From Pontiella sp. (lineage in GTDB: Bacteria; Verrucomicrobiota; Kiritimatiellia; Kiritimatiellales; Pontiellaceae), in the NCBI GenBank assembly GCA_037132875.1, contig JBAHZU010000146.1, positions 926 to 64,925 of the forward strand: a DNA stretch of 64,000 bases, in the 5' to 3' direction. The notes below the pieces were generated by a model. The model ran no database searches. It saw only the letters and a list, made by a program, of their open reading frames with translations, and was not told the origin of the DNA. Below, one piece after another: positions 62,355 to 64,000 of this stretch. The stretch's first letter is position 1; each line of letters begins with the position of its first letter. A program made the position numbers and the translations under genes.

Positions 62355-62437
62355 CCAGAGGTTGGGTCTGATATGGACACGGCCTATTTTTCAGGGCAAC
62401 GTTTTCTTCCCATGTCAGATCACCGATAACGTTCAAC
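62349..62437 (+). other. Integron-type attC site (89 bp)
   Basis: GCCTAAC-cagag-GTTGGGTCTGATATGG ... CCATGTCAGATCACC-gataac-GTTCAAC: inverse core, imperfect L boxes with an extra base, core GTT. Confidence 0.7.
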
Positions 62438-62455
62438 CTAAAAAAGGTAAACTAA

Positions 62456-63445
62456 ATGAATCCTATTCTATTACGAAAAATAGCAATATCGGCTTTAATA
62501 CTATGTGGTGTTCAAGCAAAAGCCTTGCTCCATGAGTTTGAGCTAAAAGATGGACGAACCATTAAGGCTGAGGTTGTCAGATTCAATAGTGCACTTGGGC
62601 AAGTGGATCTAGAAAGAGAGGATGGGAAACGGGTTAAAGTTAAAGCCAACATATTCACCGCCAAGGATCAGAACTACATTAAACAATGGAAAAGCCCACC
62701 CAAAGGAGTTGTGCCGATTCATGCTGGTACAAACACAGGAACAGACCCTGACTTTGGCGACTATTCGATAACGGTGAATGGTTTCTATATGGATGAATAT
62801 GAAGTGACCAGTGAGCTCTGGGAAAAAGTCTATAAATGGGCAATTTCACACGGATATGAGTTTGATAATTCCGGCGATGGAAAAGGCGCGAAATATCCAG
62901 TCCAAATGATTAGTTGGTACGATTCTATAAAATGGTGCAATGCCAGAAGTGAAATGGAAAATCGTAAACCAGCATACTTTGTAAATGGTACTATCTACAA
63001 AGACGGTCAGCACGCTCCAGAATGTGATTTCGATACGAACGGATTTCGACTCCCTACCTGTAAGGAATGGGAATACGCGGCACGAGGAGGACTAGTGGGG
63101 AAGCGTTTTCCATGGGGCGATACCATTTCCCATGACCTCGCAAATTATAACGCGAGTTCATCCTGTGCGTACGATGAAAGCAGCAGACTACACCCCGAAT
63201 ACAGAGGGACGGGGGATGAAAGCGATACCAGTCCCGTCGGGAGCTTTCCCCCTAATGCGTATGGCTTATACGATATGGTCGGAAATGTTAATGAATTTAA
63301 TTGGGATGAGTTGAAAGGAGGGCGCAGTACCCGTGGTTGCAGTTGTACCAGTGCGGCACGCTATGGCCGTTGTGGAGCGGATGATGCCAGCAACTCTCCA
63401 GATTTCATATTTAGTGGTTTAGGATTTCGTACCGTCTGCAAATAA
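62456..63445 (+). CDS. Secreted SHD1-like plus FGE-sulfatase (SUMF1) domain protein
   Basis: Signal peptide; HEFELKDGRTIKAE; FYMDEYEVT, ISWYDSIKWCN, FRLPTCKEWEYAARGG, NAYGLYDMVGNVNE, GFR. Confidence 0.88.
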   Translation: MNPILLRKIAISALILCGVQAKALLHEFELKDGRTIKAEVVRFNSALGQVDLEREDGKRVKVKANIFTAKDQNYIKQWKSPPKGVVPIHAGTNTGTDPDFGDYSITVNGFYMDEYEVTSELWEKVYKWAISHGYEFDNSGDGKGAKYPVQMISWYDSIKWCNARSEMENRKPAYFVNGTIYKDGQHAPECDFDTNGFRLPTCKEWEYAARGGLVGKRFPWGDTISHDLANYNASSSCAYDESSRLHPEYRGTGDESDTSPVGSFPPNAYGLYDMVGNVNEFNWDELKGGRSTRGCSCTSAARYGRCGADDASNSPDFIFSGLGFRTVCK

Positions 63446-63475
63446 ATAAGGGCAGAATAATATAGGGACAGGGGG

Positions 63476-63657
63476 GATCCGCTTGATCTTCATCCGCGTC
63501 AGCGTTTCCCATTCCATTCGCATCGTGCTGGCGTAGAAATATTTGATCCCACTATAGCGATCCGCATCGTCGAAGGCGTCCTCTTTGCCTTGTTCTTGCC
63601 ATACAAAAGATATTCCTGTGCCTCCTTCGATCTAAAGAAAGTATACGTCTTTTCGAG
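63476..63657 (-). pseudogene. Tyrosine recombinase N-terminal (SAM-like) fragment, frameshifted
   Basis: Joining two frames near 63555 gives QEYLLYGKNKAKRTPSTMRIA|YSGIKYFYASTMRMEWETLTRMKIKRI, typical of integrases found beside IS91-like transposases. Confidence 0.6.
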
Positions 63658-63799
63658 CACCCCCTATTCAGACTCCGCGGATGAGATAAAATACCGACTT
63701 CAATTAATAATAGGAGTCGTTCATGTTTCACATGGCTAGCGACAACTACATTTACCAACCAACGACAATTACACTTACCGATTAATTAGCCGATAATCG

Positions 63800-64000
63800 G
63801 CACTCATTTGAACGGAGGAAATGGGTGCGGACTACGGATCAACAGGTAAGGAGGTTTATTTTCCGCAGATACATAAGCCGGGAAAGCGTCTCTCTTTCGA
63901 TTTTACGCATATGGATTCTTTGGCGATCACGATTGGAGGCCAGCCTTTTGATCATTTGCTTTTTCACGCGGTTTTAACCTTTTCGAATTGGCAGTGGATT
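63800..64000 (+). mobile_element. istA: IS21-family transposase IstA fragment (runs off the window; N-terminal HTH missing)
   Basis: From 63821: GADYGSTGKEVYFPQIHKPGKRLSFDFTHMDSLAITIGGQPFDHLLFHAVLTFSNWQW. The upstream FERRKW is in another frame. Confidence 0.75.

Noticed and set aside
63476-63657. Integron integrase (intI) for the neighbouring attC sites
   Set aside because: Only an N-terminal fragment is present, and its motifs match a different integrase type.

Overview
Bacterial chromosomal window, most likely from a marine polysaccharide degrader of the PVC superphylum (Kiritimatiellota / Pontiella-like). This assignment is inferred from gene content, not from a search. Layout: (i) 1-5.5 kb, end of a sulfated-glycan locus (GH88, GH29 fucosidase, two sulfatases). 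(ii) A secreted Q/R-rich tandem-repeat protein, then a minus-strand purA-uppS-cdsA-rseP operon. (iii) 13-19 kb accessory block: two paralogous membrane-anchored vWA and PA14/SHD1 proteins, a beta-helix protein, an SGNH hydrolase and an IS30 remnant. (iv) 20-61 kb mostly housekeeping: HU, hisS, aspS, pldA, gpmI, lptC/A/B-hpf-hprK-ptsH-ptsI, coaE-rho, folB, accA, recN, a LamB-type porin, an ABC pair, miaB and icd. Interspersed are an octaheme-TPR protein and a Ser/Thr kinase / ECF sigma pair. (v) From 61.6 kb, an AT-richer island with integron-like attC cassettes, a tyrosine-recombinase remnant and an IS21 fragment. Strongest unexplained signals: a kinase with a WNK-like relocated catalytic lysine; a two-copy ~160-nt non-coding element with compensatory base changes; a strongly over-represented palindrome TTCCAA-N3-TTGGAA found both inside genes and between them; and attC-type cassettes with no integron integrase in view. 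No tRNA, rRNA or CRISPR array was seen. All family assignments come from motif recognition by eye.
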